From: an uncultured cyanobacterium
GTDB taxonomy: Bacteria; Cyanobacteriota; Cyanobacteriia; Cyanobacteriales; CAWUOF01
NCBI GenBank assembly: GCA_963744145.1
Contig: CAVUSO010000001.1
Location: 6,304,001 to 6,368,000, forward strand
Length of the DNA stretch: 64,000 nucleotides
Reading direction: 5' to 3'
In this document: one piece after another, positions 9,657-19,871 of the stretch
How the letters are laid out: every line of letters starts with the position of its first letter
Position numbering within the stretch: the stretch's first letter is position 1
Made by a program: the position numbers and the translations under genes
The notes under the pieces: model-generated
What the model was told of the DNA's origin: nothing
The model's input: the letters and a program-made list of their open reading frames with translations, nothing else
Database searches by the model: none

Positions 9657-10832
9657 ATGCAGGTATCAGTCCCAAAGCTAAATAGCTCAGAAGCACCTCT
9701 TCAACTATTACTGTTTGTTGATCAACGCAGTCGCTCTCAAGAACAAACAAAAGCGATTCACCAATGTCTGTCAAACCTCAAGACCGACTATCCGTTTGAA
9801 CTAAAAATAATCGATGTGGGAAAGCAACCTTATTTAGCTGAACATTATAAATTGGTAGCTACCCCAGCTTTGATTAAAATTCTGCCGGAACCGCGTCACA
9901 CTCTAGCAGGAAGTAATTTAGCGGGTCAATTGGAAAAATGGTGGTCGCGATGGCAACGTTCTGTAGCGGATCATCTGACCCGAAGTAAAACTGAAGAAAA
10001 TAACTATCCTGAGTCAGTTCCCCAAAATTCTCTCAATTCGATGTCTTGTTCGGTGGAATTGATTCGACTGTCCGATGAAATTTTTCGTCTCGAACAAGAA
10101 AAAGCTGAATTACAAGCCCAACTCAAGTTTAAGGATCGGATGATTGAAATGCTAGCCCATGATCTCCGCAATCCTCTTACCGCAGCAGCGATCGCCATGG
10201 AAACGATCGAATTATGTCATCCAGTGGACGAAAGAGTCGAGCCCCGTCTGACTCCGACCTTGATGAATCAGTTACTCAAACAAGCCAGAAATCAAACTCG
10301 GTCAATGGATCGGATGATTACAGACTTACTCGAAGCCGCCCGAGGGACAAACTCAGAATTAGGAATTTATCCACAAAGGCTAGATATTGGTCCTCTATGT
10401 AGCGAAGTCCTGAGTCATTTTCACAACCAAATAGCCAGTAAATCTCTGCATATCAAAAAAGATATTCCCAAGGACTTGCCCTATGTTTATGCTGATCAAG
10501 AAAGGGTGCGTCAAGTCATCACTAATCTGATTGATAATGCAATTAAGTATACTCCAGCGGGGGGGACAATTTGTGTCAGTATCCTCCATCGGACCACTCA
10601 AAAAATTCAAGTTAGTATCATTGATACTGGTCCAGGAATTCCCGAAGAAAAACGCGATCGGATTTTTGAAGACCATTTCCGACTCAAACGAGATGAAAAT
10701 CAACAAGGGTATGGGATTGGACTATCTCTTTGTCAGCGGATTATCCGGGCTCATTATGGGCGAATTTGGGTAGAAGCGAGTCCAACAGGTGGTAGTTGTT
10801 TTCAATTCACCTTACCAGTTTATCGATTTTAG
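9657..10832 (+). CDS. sasA: Circadian output histidine kinase SasA (start could be 9528)
   Basis: N-terminal KaiB-like domain (LLLFVD...QPYLAEHYKLVATPALIK), H-box AHDLRNPL, HATPase domain. Confidence 0.9.
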   Translation: MQVSVPKLNSSEAPLQLLLFVDQRSRSQEQTKAIHQCLSNLKTDYPFELKIIDVGKQPYLAEHYKLVATPALIKILPEPRHTLAGSNLAGQLEKWWSRWQRSVADHLTRSKTEENNYPESVPQNSLNSMSCSVELIRLSDEIFRLEQEKAELQAQLKFKDRMIEMLAHDLRNPLTAAAIAMETIELCHPVDERVEPRLTPTLMNQLLKQARNQTRSMDRMITDLLEAARGTNSELGIYPQRLDIGPLCSEVLSHFHNQIASKSLHIKKDIPKDLPYVYADQERVRQVITNLIDNAIKYTPAGGTICVSILHRTTQKIQVSIIDTGPGIPEEKRDRIFEDHFRLKRDENQQGYGIGLSLCQRIIRAHYGRIWVEASPTGGSCFQFTLPVYRF

Positions 10833-10858
10833 TTACAACCGAGGCCAAATTAATTTTT

Positions 10859-11326
10859 ATGAGTGAAAAAAGTGAAGGTTTTAAAATCATTAGTGATAAC
10901 CGACAGGCCCGTCATCTCTATGAAATCCTGGAAACTTATGAAGCGGGAATTGAACTAAAGGGAACAGAAGTTAAGTCAATTCGACAGGGTAAAGTAAATC
11001 TGAGAGATGGTTACGCCTTAATTCGCAATGGAGAAGCTTGGCTAATTAATGTTCATATTTCCCCTTATCAAACTGCTAGTGAATATTTTAATCATGATCC
11101 GCGTCGAACTCGGAAACTTTTGCTGCATCGACAAGAAATTCGGAAACTAATTGGTAAAGTTGAACAGCAGGGGTTAACTTTAGTACCCTTAAAAATGTAC
11201 TTAAAACGCGGTTGGTTAAAAGTTGCCATTGGATTAGGAAAAGGTAAAAAACTCCATGATAAACGAGAAGATTTGAAAAAACGTGAAGATAAACGGGATA
11301 TGGAACGTGCGCTGAAACGGTTTTAG
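10859..11326 (+). CDS. smpB: SsrA-binding protein
   Basis: YEAGIELKGTEVKSIR, HDPRRTRKLLLH and GKKLHDKR motifs. Confidence 0.97.
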   Translation: MSEKSEGFKIISDNRQARHLYEILETYEAGIELKGTEVKSIRQGKVNLRDGYALIRNGEAWLINVHISPYQTASEYFNHDPRRTRKLLLHRQEIRKLIGKVEQQGLTLVPLKMYLKRGWLKVAIGLGKGKKLHDKREDLKKREDKRDMERALKRF

Positions 11327-11399
11327 GGAAAAAGAATCAGCATATTTTGTCGGTTAGATCAGCCAGGATAAGAAAATCCTGGCAATATTGCTAGTGAAG

Positions 11400-11523
11400 T
11401 AGACCTCTTGCAAAAGTCCTTATTGATCTATTTATTGACAGGCAAGATGCCTGTCCCACCAGAAAAAATCACTTTTGTGGGACAGGCATCTTGCCTGTCC
11501 TATTTATTTTTGCAAGAGGTCTA
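11400..11523. mobile_element. 124-bp MITE with 16-bp perfect terminal inverted repeats enclosing an inverted REP pair
   Basis: TAGACCTCTTGCAAAA ... TTTTGCAAGAGGTCTA; REP units at 11437-11459 (minus) and 11477-11499 (plus). Confidence 0.8.
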
Positions 11524-11527
11524 GTGA

Positions 11528-12292
11528 TTAAGCCATAGTTAAAGCAATTAAGTCTTCACTCATCTCAAAGTTAGAAGTCACACATTGGACATCATCAAGA
11601 TCTTCTAAAGCATCCATTAACTTCAAAAGCGATCGAGCTTGGTCGGGAGCAGTGACAGTGATCGTATTACTGGGAATCCAACGCAATTCTGCTTGAATTA
11701 CCTGATAACCCAGCTCTTTTAAAGTTTGACTGAGATATTCAAGCTCAGAGACTTCACCCCACACCTCGGCACCAGGTGGATCATCATCTAAAAACTGATA
11801 GGATTGAGCACCAGCAGCCAGAGAAGCTTCTAACAGGTCATCCTCCACCAACTCTCCTTTCAGAGTACAAACACTTTTTTGGTCAAACATCCAACTCACA
11901 CAACCAGTTTCACCTAGATTGCCGCCATTTTTACTAAAAGCAGCCCGTAAATCAGCCGCAGTGCGATTGCGATTATCCGTCAACGCTTCAATCAAAATGG
12001 CCACACCCCCTGGACCATAACCCTCATAACGAATCGCTTCCCAAGCCGAACTACCAGGATCAAGTTTACCAGCCCCTTTCGCGATCGCCCGTTCAATATT
12101 TTCTTGAGGAATTCCAGCAGATTTAGCTTTTTCAACTGCATTCCGCAACTGAAAATTGGCTTCAGGTTCAGGGAACCCAGTGCGAGCTGCCACAATAATT
12201 TCGCGAGAGATTTTCGTAAAAATCTTGCCTTTGACAGCATCAACTCTCGCCTTTTGACGCTTAATATTAGCCCATTTACTATGACCAGCCAT
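11528..12292 (-). CDS. yebC: YebC/PmpR family protein
   Basis: MAGHSKWANIKRQK, YEGYGPGG and TDNRNRT motifs. Confidence 0.95.
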   Translation of the reverse strand: MAGHSKWANIKRQKARVDAVKGKIFTKISREIIVAARTGFPEPEANFQLRNAVEKAKSAGIPQENIERAIAKGAGKLDPGSSAWEAIRYEGYGPGGVAILIEALTDNRNRTAADLRAAFSKNGGNLGETGCVSWMFDQKSVCTLKGELVEDDLLEASLAAGAQSYQFLDDDPPGAEVWGEVSELEYLSQTLKELGYQVIQAELRWIPSNTITVTAPDQARSLLKLMDALEDLDDVQCVTSNFEMSEDLIALTMA

Positions 12293-12471
12293 TGCTGCTC
12301 CGAAATCCCTAATTCTATATAACTGTAAACCCGCTCATGGTAATTGGTTTGAGCGTTTAGGCGGATACTTGACTATCCTGTCTGAGCTTGACAAATTTTT
12401 ACCGCGCTGGCAGACTACCGAGCTACATGGGTGAGAAAAGCCCTGCGACTAAAATCGCAGTCAAATTTTTA

Positions 12472-12480
12472 TGTTATAAT
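12472..12480 (+). promoter_or_regulatory. Extended -10 promoter candidate for the rimP operon
   Basis: TGnTATAAT consensus upstream of rimP. Confidence 0.45.
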
Positions 12481-12617
12481 AAATGCTGTTATATCAGACA
12501 TTAAAACCTGCCCTCGAACTGAGGTAATTGCGACTGGGCTCACAGCAAGGCTCAAGGTAAACCTTTTCAGCAGTGGGAATGTCAAAAACTTCGTTTTTTT
12601 TGTTAGAAATCAAAAAA

Positions 12618-12646
12618 AGAAGTGGGTCAATGCCCACTTTTTTTTT
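12618..12646 (+). promoter_or_regulatory. rimP leader hairpin (attenuator-like)
   Basis: AAGTGGG-tcaatg-CCCACTT followed by a T run, just before the rimP RBS. Confidence 0.65.
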
Positions 12647-12662
12647 GTTGGAGGGCATTATT

Positions 12663-13124
12663 ATGACACATCCTATCATCCCACAAATTATTGATTTGGC
12701 CACACCCGTTGCCCAAGCATTAGGATTGGAGGTGGTCGGAGCAGTTTTTCATACCAACCAAAACCCCCCAGTGCTGCGAGTAGATATCCGCCATCTCCAG
12801 CAAGGCACCAGTCTAGATGACTGTGAGCGGATGAGTCGAGCCATGGAAGCAACCCTAGATCAGATGGACATTATTCCCGATACCTACGTACTAGAGATTT
12901 CCAGTCCGGGAATTGATCGCGAATTAAGTACAGATCGAGAATATATCTCATTTAAAGGATTTGCAGTAATTGTGAAAACTGCCACACCAGTAGAGGGCAA
13001 AAGTGAATGGCTCGGACAATTAATCGGTCGGGATGAAGAGAAAGTATATCTCAATCAAAAAGGACGAGCGATCGGCCTACCCCGACAACTAATTACCAAG
13101 GTACAGCTCGACGAACGCAGATGA
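12663..13124 (+). CDS. rimP: Ribosome maturation factor RimP
   Basis: LDDCERMSR and [14 protein letters not shown] motifs; upstream of nusA. Confidence 0.95.
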   Translation: MTHPIIPQIIDLATPVAQALGLEVVGAVFHTNQNPPVLRVDIRHLQQGTSLDDCERMSRAMEATLDQMDIIPDTYVLEISSPGIDRELSTDREYISFKGFAVIVKTATPVEGKSEWLGQLIGRDEEKVYLNQKGRAIGLPRQLITKVQLDERR

Positions 13125-13182
13125 ACAGGTTGATATCTGTGCCCCAACCAAATTATCCCCAATCTTCCAGGAGGTTTTTTCT

Positions 13183-14427
13183 ATGTCAATAGTCCGTCTG
13201 CCCGGACTCAAAGAAATGATCGACAACATCTCTCAAGAGCGAAACTTACCTAGAAACGCAGTTCGAGAAGCCCTAAAAGAAGCATTAATCAAAGGGTATG
13301 AGCGATATCGTCGCACGATCAGCATCGAGCGCCCCTACTTTGACGAAAATTACTTTGACAATTTTGAAGTCGAACTTGATGTTGAACAAGAAGGTTTTCG
13401 GATTCTGGTCACCAAAACGATCGTCGAAAGTGTCAGTAGTGCTGACCACCAAATTTCCCTAACTGAAGTCCAAGAAGTTGCGCCCGAAGCCCAACTAGGA
13501 GACACCGTCATTTTAGACGTGACTCCTGAACAGGGAGAATTTGGGCGGATGGCGGCGATCCAAACCAAACAGGTACTTTCGCAAAAACTGCGAGATCAAC
13601 AACGCAAACTGATCCAAGAAGAATTTCAAGATTTAGAAGATCCAGTTCTCAACGCCAGAGTGTTGCGGTTTGAAAGACAATCAGTCATTATGGTCGTCAG
13701 CAGCGGTTTTGGCCAACCAGAAGTAGAAGCCGAACTGCCCAAATATGAGCAATTACCCAACGACAACTATCGCGCCAATGCTACCTTTAAGGTATATCTG
13801 AAAAAAGTCTTTGAAGGTTCGCGTCGTGGCCCTCAACTCCAAGTTTCTCGCGGTGCTGCGGGATTAGTCGCCGAATTATTTGCCAATGAAGTCCCAGAAA
13901 TTCAAGACGAAATTGTCAGAATTGTCGCCGTAGCCAGGGAAGCCAATCCACCTTCCCGGTATGTTGGTCCGCGCACCAAAATCGCCGTCGATACTCTAGA
14001 ACGAGATGTCGATCCGGTTGGTGCTTGTATCGGAGCCAGGGGATCACGAATCCAAGTAGTAGTCAACGAATTACGAGGAGAAAAGATCGATGTCATCCGC
14101 TGGTCTCCCGATCCAGCCACCTATATTGCCAATGCCTTAAGTCCTGCCCGAGTAGATGAGGTACGATTAATAGACCCCGATCGCCGACAAGCTCATATTC
14201 TAGTATCAGAAAATCAACTTAGTTTAGCCATTGGCAAGGAAGGACAGAATGTGCGTTTAGCAGCCCGGTTAACGGGTTGGAAAATCGATATTAAAGACAC
14301 AGCTTTGTATGACTACGAAGCCGAAGATAACAAAATCGCCCAAGCCGGCCAAGCCAATCTGTCAGAACCAGATGATGAGTATGATGAAATTGAGGAAGAA
14401 TTAACTCATAAGGAGACAACTGCATAA
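13183..14427 (+). CDS. nusA: Transcription termination factor NusA
   Basis: FGRMAAIQTKQ, DPVGACIGARGSRI and LAIGKEGQNVRLA motifs. Confidence 0.97.
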   Translation: MSIVRLPGLKEMIDNISQERNLPRNAVREALKEALIKGYERYRRTISIERPYFDENYFDNFEVELDVEQEGFRILVTKTIVESVSSADHQISLTEVQEVAPEAQLGDTVILDVTPEQGEFGRMAAIQTKQVLSQKLRDQQRKLIQEEFQDLEDPVLNARVLRFERQSVIMVVSSGFGQPEVEAELPKYEQLPNDNYRANATFKVYLKKVFEGSRRGPQLQVSRGAAGLVAELFANEVPEIQDEIVRIVAVAREANPPSRYVGPRTKIAVDTLERDVDPVGACIGARGSRIQVVVNELRGEKIDVIRWSPDPATYIANALSPARVDEVRLIDPDRRQAHILVSENQLSLAIGKEGQNVRLAARLTGWKIDIKDTALYDYEAEDNKIAQAGQANLSEPDDEYDEIEEELTHKETTA

Positions 14428-14499
14428 ATAAATCACCCATTGGCTCCGAACGGTAGGAAAACCACCCAAGGGTTTTGGTCATTCACAAGTTAGACAGAA

Positions 14500-14754
14500 A
14501 TGAAACCTAATTATCGCCGTTGCCTGAGCTGTCGCCAAATTGCTCTCAAAGAAAAATTCTGGCGAATTGTGCGAGTCTACCCTTCCCACCAGGTACAATT
14601 AGACCAAGGGATAGGTCGTTCTGCCTATCTTTGTGCCCAATCCGCTTGTCTTAGTGCAGCTCAGAAGAAAAATCGACTGGGTAAAGCGCTAAAAGTATCG
14701 GTGCCCCAAGAAATATATCAAACCCTGTGGCAACGTTTATCGGCATCCCCCTGA
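14500..14754 (+). CDS. ylxR: YlxR family protein
   Basis: RRCLSCR and GRSAYLC motifs; between nusA and infB. Confidence 0.9.
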   Translation: MKPNYRRCLSCRQIALKEKFWRIVRVYPSHQVQLDQGIGRSAYLCAQSACLSAAQKKNRLGKALKVSVPQEIYQTLWQRLSASP

Positions 14755-15062
14755 CGATCAAACTCGTATTGGTAAGAACTAAATCATTCTCGTTACCAAC
14801 ATCTGTGCCCGAACCCTCGCCAAAAGGGTCAGAGCCATCAACAGAGTAGTGGTAAACAAGCCAACTAGCCACAGTTTTTCCAAGATTTGTGCAAGATTAT
14901 AAAGGAAGCGGTTCACAAGCAATGGGGGGGCGGCAGCAGTCTATTCCCAATTTTCTCGTTCTTTGTCAGAAAAGCTGGCAGCGGCCTTAACCCCTAACAC
15001 ATTAGTTATTTTGCGAGTAGGCCACTATGTAAAAACCGGCAGGTACAAAGAGGGAGAAGTGG

Positions 15063-18000
15063 ATGAACAACGCCAAAGTCAGAATTTACGATCTATCAAA
15101 GGAATTGAATTTGGATAATAAGGACATATTGGCCGTTTGCGATCAGCTAAATATTGCGGTCAAAAGCCATAGCAGCACGATTACAGAATCAGAGGCGGAG
15201 CGGATTCGCAATACGGCTGCCAAAGTAGTGGCCAACCACTCCCCTCGTCGCAGTGCCAGCAGTGCAGCCCCACCCGCCGTTCCTGCTAAACATCGGGACC
15301 ATTCTCTCCCAGCAGAGTCCGCCTCGCGGCCAAATGTACGCAAAAAACAAGAGATTTTGGAGGTTCGTCAACTGCCAACTCCCCGCCCAGGGCCTAATCC
15401 CAAACCCCAGGGAGAAGGGGGTGGGGCAAAACCATCGGGGTTAGCTCCTGTCCCTCCCCAGCCCCCAGCCAGTCAGCAAATGTCAGCATCTATGAAGCCG
15501 GCGGCACCAAATCGACCTGTATTACAAAAATCCGTACTCCCTAATACCCCCCCCATAGGAGAGCCTGTCAGTTTGCCCGATCTTGACCAAGAAGAGGTCG
15601 AGATGACGCTATCAGCAGAGGGTGAAACCAAATCGGAACTGGTTAACCCCCCACCAAGACCAGTGATAACGCCAAATCGTGGTTTATTGACTGGTGCTAA
15701 TCGACCAGTTTTAAAAAAGGCCAAGACTGAAAAACCGGAAAAGACATCCAGCGATTCAGTGGCTACACCCCCACCGCCCACCCGTTCCGAGAATGCACCA
15801 GCACCGAAAAAGCCTCGTAATCGTAGTAATCAACAATCAGGTGCATCGGAACGTCATCCCATTGCAGCACCAAATTTGGAACTGCATCGACCGCGACCAG
15901 TTCTTAAACTGGAACGCGATCAGGTAGTTCCGGAAATTCCGACTACCCCAGCCCGGGATGTTGATTCTGAACCTGATGACGATTTACTCATCCTCAATCG
16001 ACCGACCCCACCACGTCCACCAAAACGGGCGAAAAAACGGGAGGAAGAAGATGATGATATGACCGAATTGGGCGATAAAAGCCTGAAAGCTGGTGCGAAA
16101 GCCAAACGACGGACGAAACCAGCTATTGACGATGACGATGATGATTTTGAAAGTGATCTGGATGAATTGGGTGCAACGGTGCAGGTAAGTCTATCTGTTG
16201 CCCGTCCAGCTAAACCCAAAGGTCGTCCAGCAGCGGCTGTTGCTACCCTCGCTCCGACGGCTAAAGGTCCTGAAGTTGGCCAGTTCCCAACGGGCGGCGG
16301 AAATGTCCAAAGCTGCTCGTCGGGAACGTCGTGAACAAGCTGGCAAAAAAGAACGTCCAGAACTGATTACCCTGACGGGGCCACTAACTGTTCGAGAATT
16401 GGCGGCGGTAATGGTGATCCCGGAAACAGAAATTGTGAAAAAGCTGTTTTTTAAGGGGATGGCAGTCCAAATTACCCAAACCTTGGATGTTCCTACTGCC
16501 ATGATGGTGGCTGAAGAACTAGGAGTTTTGGTAGAAACGGCAGCACCAGAATCAGAAGCAATTAAATCCACAGAAATGCTGGATGCGGAAGACATGGAAA
16601 GTCTTCAACGTCGTCCACCAGTAGTGACAATTATGGGTCACGTTGACCATGGGAAAACTACTTTGCTTGACTCCATTCGCAAAACGAAGGTGGCGCAAGG
16701 AGAAGCAGGTGGGATTACTCAGCATATTGGTGCTTATCATGTTGATGTTGAGCATAATGGCGAAACTCAACAAATTGTCTTCCTTGATACTCCTGGTCAC
16801 GAAGCCTTTACGGCCATGCGAGCGCGTGGGGCAAGGGTGACGGATATTGCGATTCTGGTGGTGGCAGCAGATGATGGTGTTCAACCCCAGACCATTGAAG
16901 CGATTAGTCACGCTAAAGCGGCTGAAGTGCCGATTATTGTGGCTATTAATAAGATCGATAAAGAGGATGCTAATCCCGATCGCGTTAAACAAGAGTTAAT
17001 GGCTCATAGTCTGGTTTCGGATGAATGGGGTGGTGATACCACGATGGTGCCGGTCAGTGCGATCCGCGGTGAAAACTTGGATACCCTGCTGGAAATGATT
17101 CTTTTGGTCGCAGACCTAGAAGAATTATCAGCTAATCCCGATCGCTCAGCCCGAGGAACGGTGATTGAAGCTAACTTAGATAAATCTCGCGGTCCGGTAG
17201 CAACTCTATTAGTCCAAAATGGCACCCTCCACATTGGTGATATCCTGGTGGCAGGTTCGGCGATGGGTAAGGTCCGGGCGATGATTGATGACCGGGGACA
17301 CCGTGTCGAAGTCGCTGGTCCCTCTTTTGCCGTAGAAGTCCTTGGTCTGGGGGATGTGCCCGCAGCTGGGGATGAGTTCGAGGTGTTCCAAAATGAGAAA
17401 GAAGCTCGGGCGATCGCCGAAGCTCGCGGTGAGGCTCAACGTCAATCTCGTCTGCTTCAAGGTCGAGTTACCCTTAATACCCTCTCGGCTCGCGCTCAAG
17501 AAGGTCAGCTGAAGGAACTCAATTTGATTCTGAAAGCGGATGTCCAAGGTTCCGTGGAAGCGATTATTGGTGCCCTCAGACAACTGCCCCAAAATGAAGT
17601 GCAATTACGTGTTCTCTTAGGTGCCCCAGGCGAAATCACGGAAACTGATATCGATTTGGCTGCGGCTAGTGATGCGGTAATTATTGGCTTCAATACTACT
17701 CTGGCTACAGGAGCGCGGCAAGCAGCTGACCAAACTGGTGTAGATGTGCGCGAATACAATATCATCTATAAACTGTTGGATGATATCCAAGGTGCCATGG
17801 AAGGTCTGCTCGAACCGGAACTGGTGGAAGAATCCCTCGGTCAAGTTGAAGTCCGACAAGTATTCCCCATTAGTAAAGGAGCTGTCGCTGGTTGTTATGT
17901 TCTGTCTGGTAAAGTGATCCGCAACTGTAAAGTCCGGATTCGCCGCAGCGGTAATGTGATCTATGAAGGTACTCTTGATTCACTCCGACGCATGAAAGAA

Positions 18001-18129
18001 GACGCTAAAGAAGTCAATGCTGGATATGAATGTGGGATTAGTATCAATAATTTCCATGACTGGGCGGAAAATGACATTATGGAAACCTTCCGGATGGTAG
18101 CAAAACGTCGCACCTTATCTCCTAATTAG
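15063..18129 (+). CDS. infB: Translation initiation factor IF-2, with an apparent frameshift near 16200-16320
   Basis: N-domain [11 protein letters not shown] in ORF 15063-16334; G-domain [13 protein letters not shown] and NKID in ORF 16198-18129. Confidence 0.93.
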
Positions 18130-18136
18130 AGGTGAA

Positions 18137-18190
18137 AAAGGTGAAAAGTGAAAAGTGAAAGCTTGACTGATGCTTCACTTTTCACTATTT
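18137..18190 (+). terminator. Hairpin built from TGAAAAG heptamers after infB
   Basis: AGTGAAAAGTGAA ... TTCACTTTTCACT inverted arms followed by T-rich sequence. Confidence 0.5.
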
Positions 18191-18233
18191 ATTTCTCGTT
18201 GTTTAAAATTGACCATTTACGGTTCATTTAATA

Positions 18234-18884
18234 ATGTTTTCTTTCAGATCAGATCCTTTTTTGTGGATTCATATTGCTGGGATAGCAGCCCTACCAATTT
18301 TTCTAGAACTCTGTCTAGTAGGATTGGCGATCGGTGATCCGATTATGCCAGTTTGGTTGGAGTTATTATTAATTGCAATGATCGGCATTGGGCCGATTTT
18401 GTGGATGCAATGGGTACGTCCTTTTGATATTTTTAGTATTTTGGTAGTAGCTATTAAACCAGAGCAACTCACTTCTGACCAGCGTCAAATTCTCAGCCGA
18501 TTCAAAACTCCTGGTAATCGGGTGGTAGCTGTGGTAGTTGCGATCGCTTTGCTGTTAGTTCTTGGGCTACTTTACCAGATTTACCCTCTGGTCAAATTTG
18601 CGCTACTTGAGCTACCTCAATCGCGATGGTTGGGATTAGCTTTAGCTTCCTTAGCTTTTCTAGCTAGCAATTTGTTTGTCCAAATACCGGTGAGTGTGTT
18701 GCGAGTTGTGTTGACTAATGAAGCTGAATTTGCTAGCACTGAACCCTATAGTTTAGAGCGGATTCCCAAGGATTTTACGATTCTTGGTTTTCGGATTAAT
18801 CAAATTTTTTCAAATTCAGAAAATCGGGCTAGCCAAAATCTAGCAGGTGCAGCAACTGACAGTTTGACTAATCAGGAAAAATAG
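18234..18884 (+). CDS. Conserved cyanobacterial membrane protein (low-complexity tail type)
   Basis: Four hydrophobic segments; DPFLWIH and SNLFVQIP motifs; position after infB. Confidence 0.75.
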   Translation: MFSFRSDPFLWIHIAGIAALPIFLELCLVGLAIGDPIMPVWLELLLIAMIGIGPILWMQWVRPFDIFSILVVAIKPEQLTSDQRQILSRFKTPGNRVVAVVVAIALLLVLGLLYQIYPLVKFALLELPQSRWLGLALASLAFLASNLFVQIPVSVLRVVLTNEAEFASTEPYSLERIPKDFTILGFRINQIFSNSENRASQNLAGAATDSLTNQEK

Positions 18885-19871
18885 TTAATCAAACTAATTA
18901 ATACTAAAATAAGTAGGAGCCAGCTCATCTGTTCCTACTTATTTTTATGCTACATCTGACGTTGATATTCTTCAAGAATATCAATCAGTTTAACTTTGAC
19001 ATTGCATGATATTGGCTATTATCCTGCTAGTAAAATTATTGAAGCCGATCATAATTCTGATGCAGATTTTCAATTTTTCGTAAAAAAGATTCTCACCACT
19101 CGAGCTGAAGAAGAAATTTTTGCTCAAGCGATCGCTTTATTAGATCCTCATGGATAAGGGGCTTATTAAAATACGTCCCTAGGTGATCGCAACTAACTAT
19201 TTTTTCAAATTAACTGATCATTTACGTTTACGATCCGCTCATACCAATTAACAAAACTTCAAATTCTCTCAAAGTTGGAAATATGTCAGAATCTTGACAA
19301 AAGAGTAATAGTTGTGCTTGCTGAATGGGTTAGATGGGAGGACTAGATGTGAGCGCGATCGCCAAATATCTTCTCTCATCATCATTGATAAATAAAATCA
19401 TCATAAATGGACTCATATAATTAATAAATTTTATATTTTTCGCGTTCTTTATATGACATTATATTTCACCTATACGGGAGATTAAACCGATTTATTAAAA
19501 TAAAATGTAATTTAGAATATTAGTGATATATAACACGATTTTTTACTTAGGGAGTTTTATAATTATAGGAAAACTTCTAAATGAATAATATGCCTCAACT
19601 TATAAAGGGATCAAATAATCAACGATCAAATTGCTCAACTTACACCACCGGGAAAGCATTATTAAGCTATCTTGATGAAAAAGAGTGTGATTTAAAAGAA
19701 TTAATTAATGATTTAAGCAAAATATTTAATAATCTAGTTCAGGCGATCGAGGATGCCACTCTTGAGTGATATGTTAACAAGTTAATGCCGATGCTGCCGA
19801 ACCAAGTGTCCAAGAAATTAAAAGGAATTGGAACCTTTGAGGTTTATTAAATAAGCAGAAGGTTTTACCCA

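Noticed and set aside
19006..19769. Short ORF fragments in the AT-rich gap before cobN
   Set aside because: No family recognisable by eye; cannot support a call.
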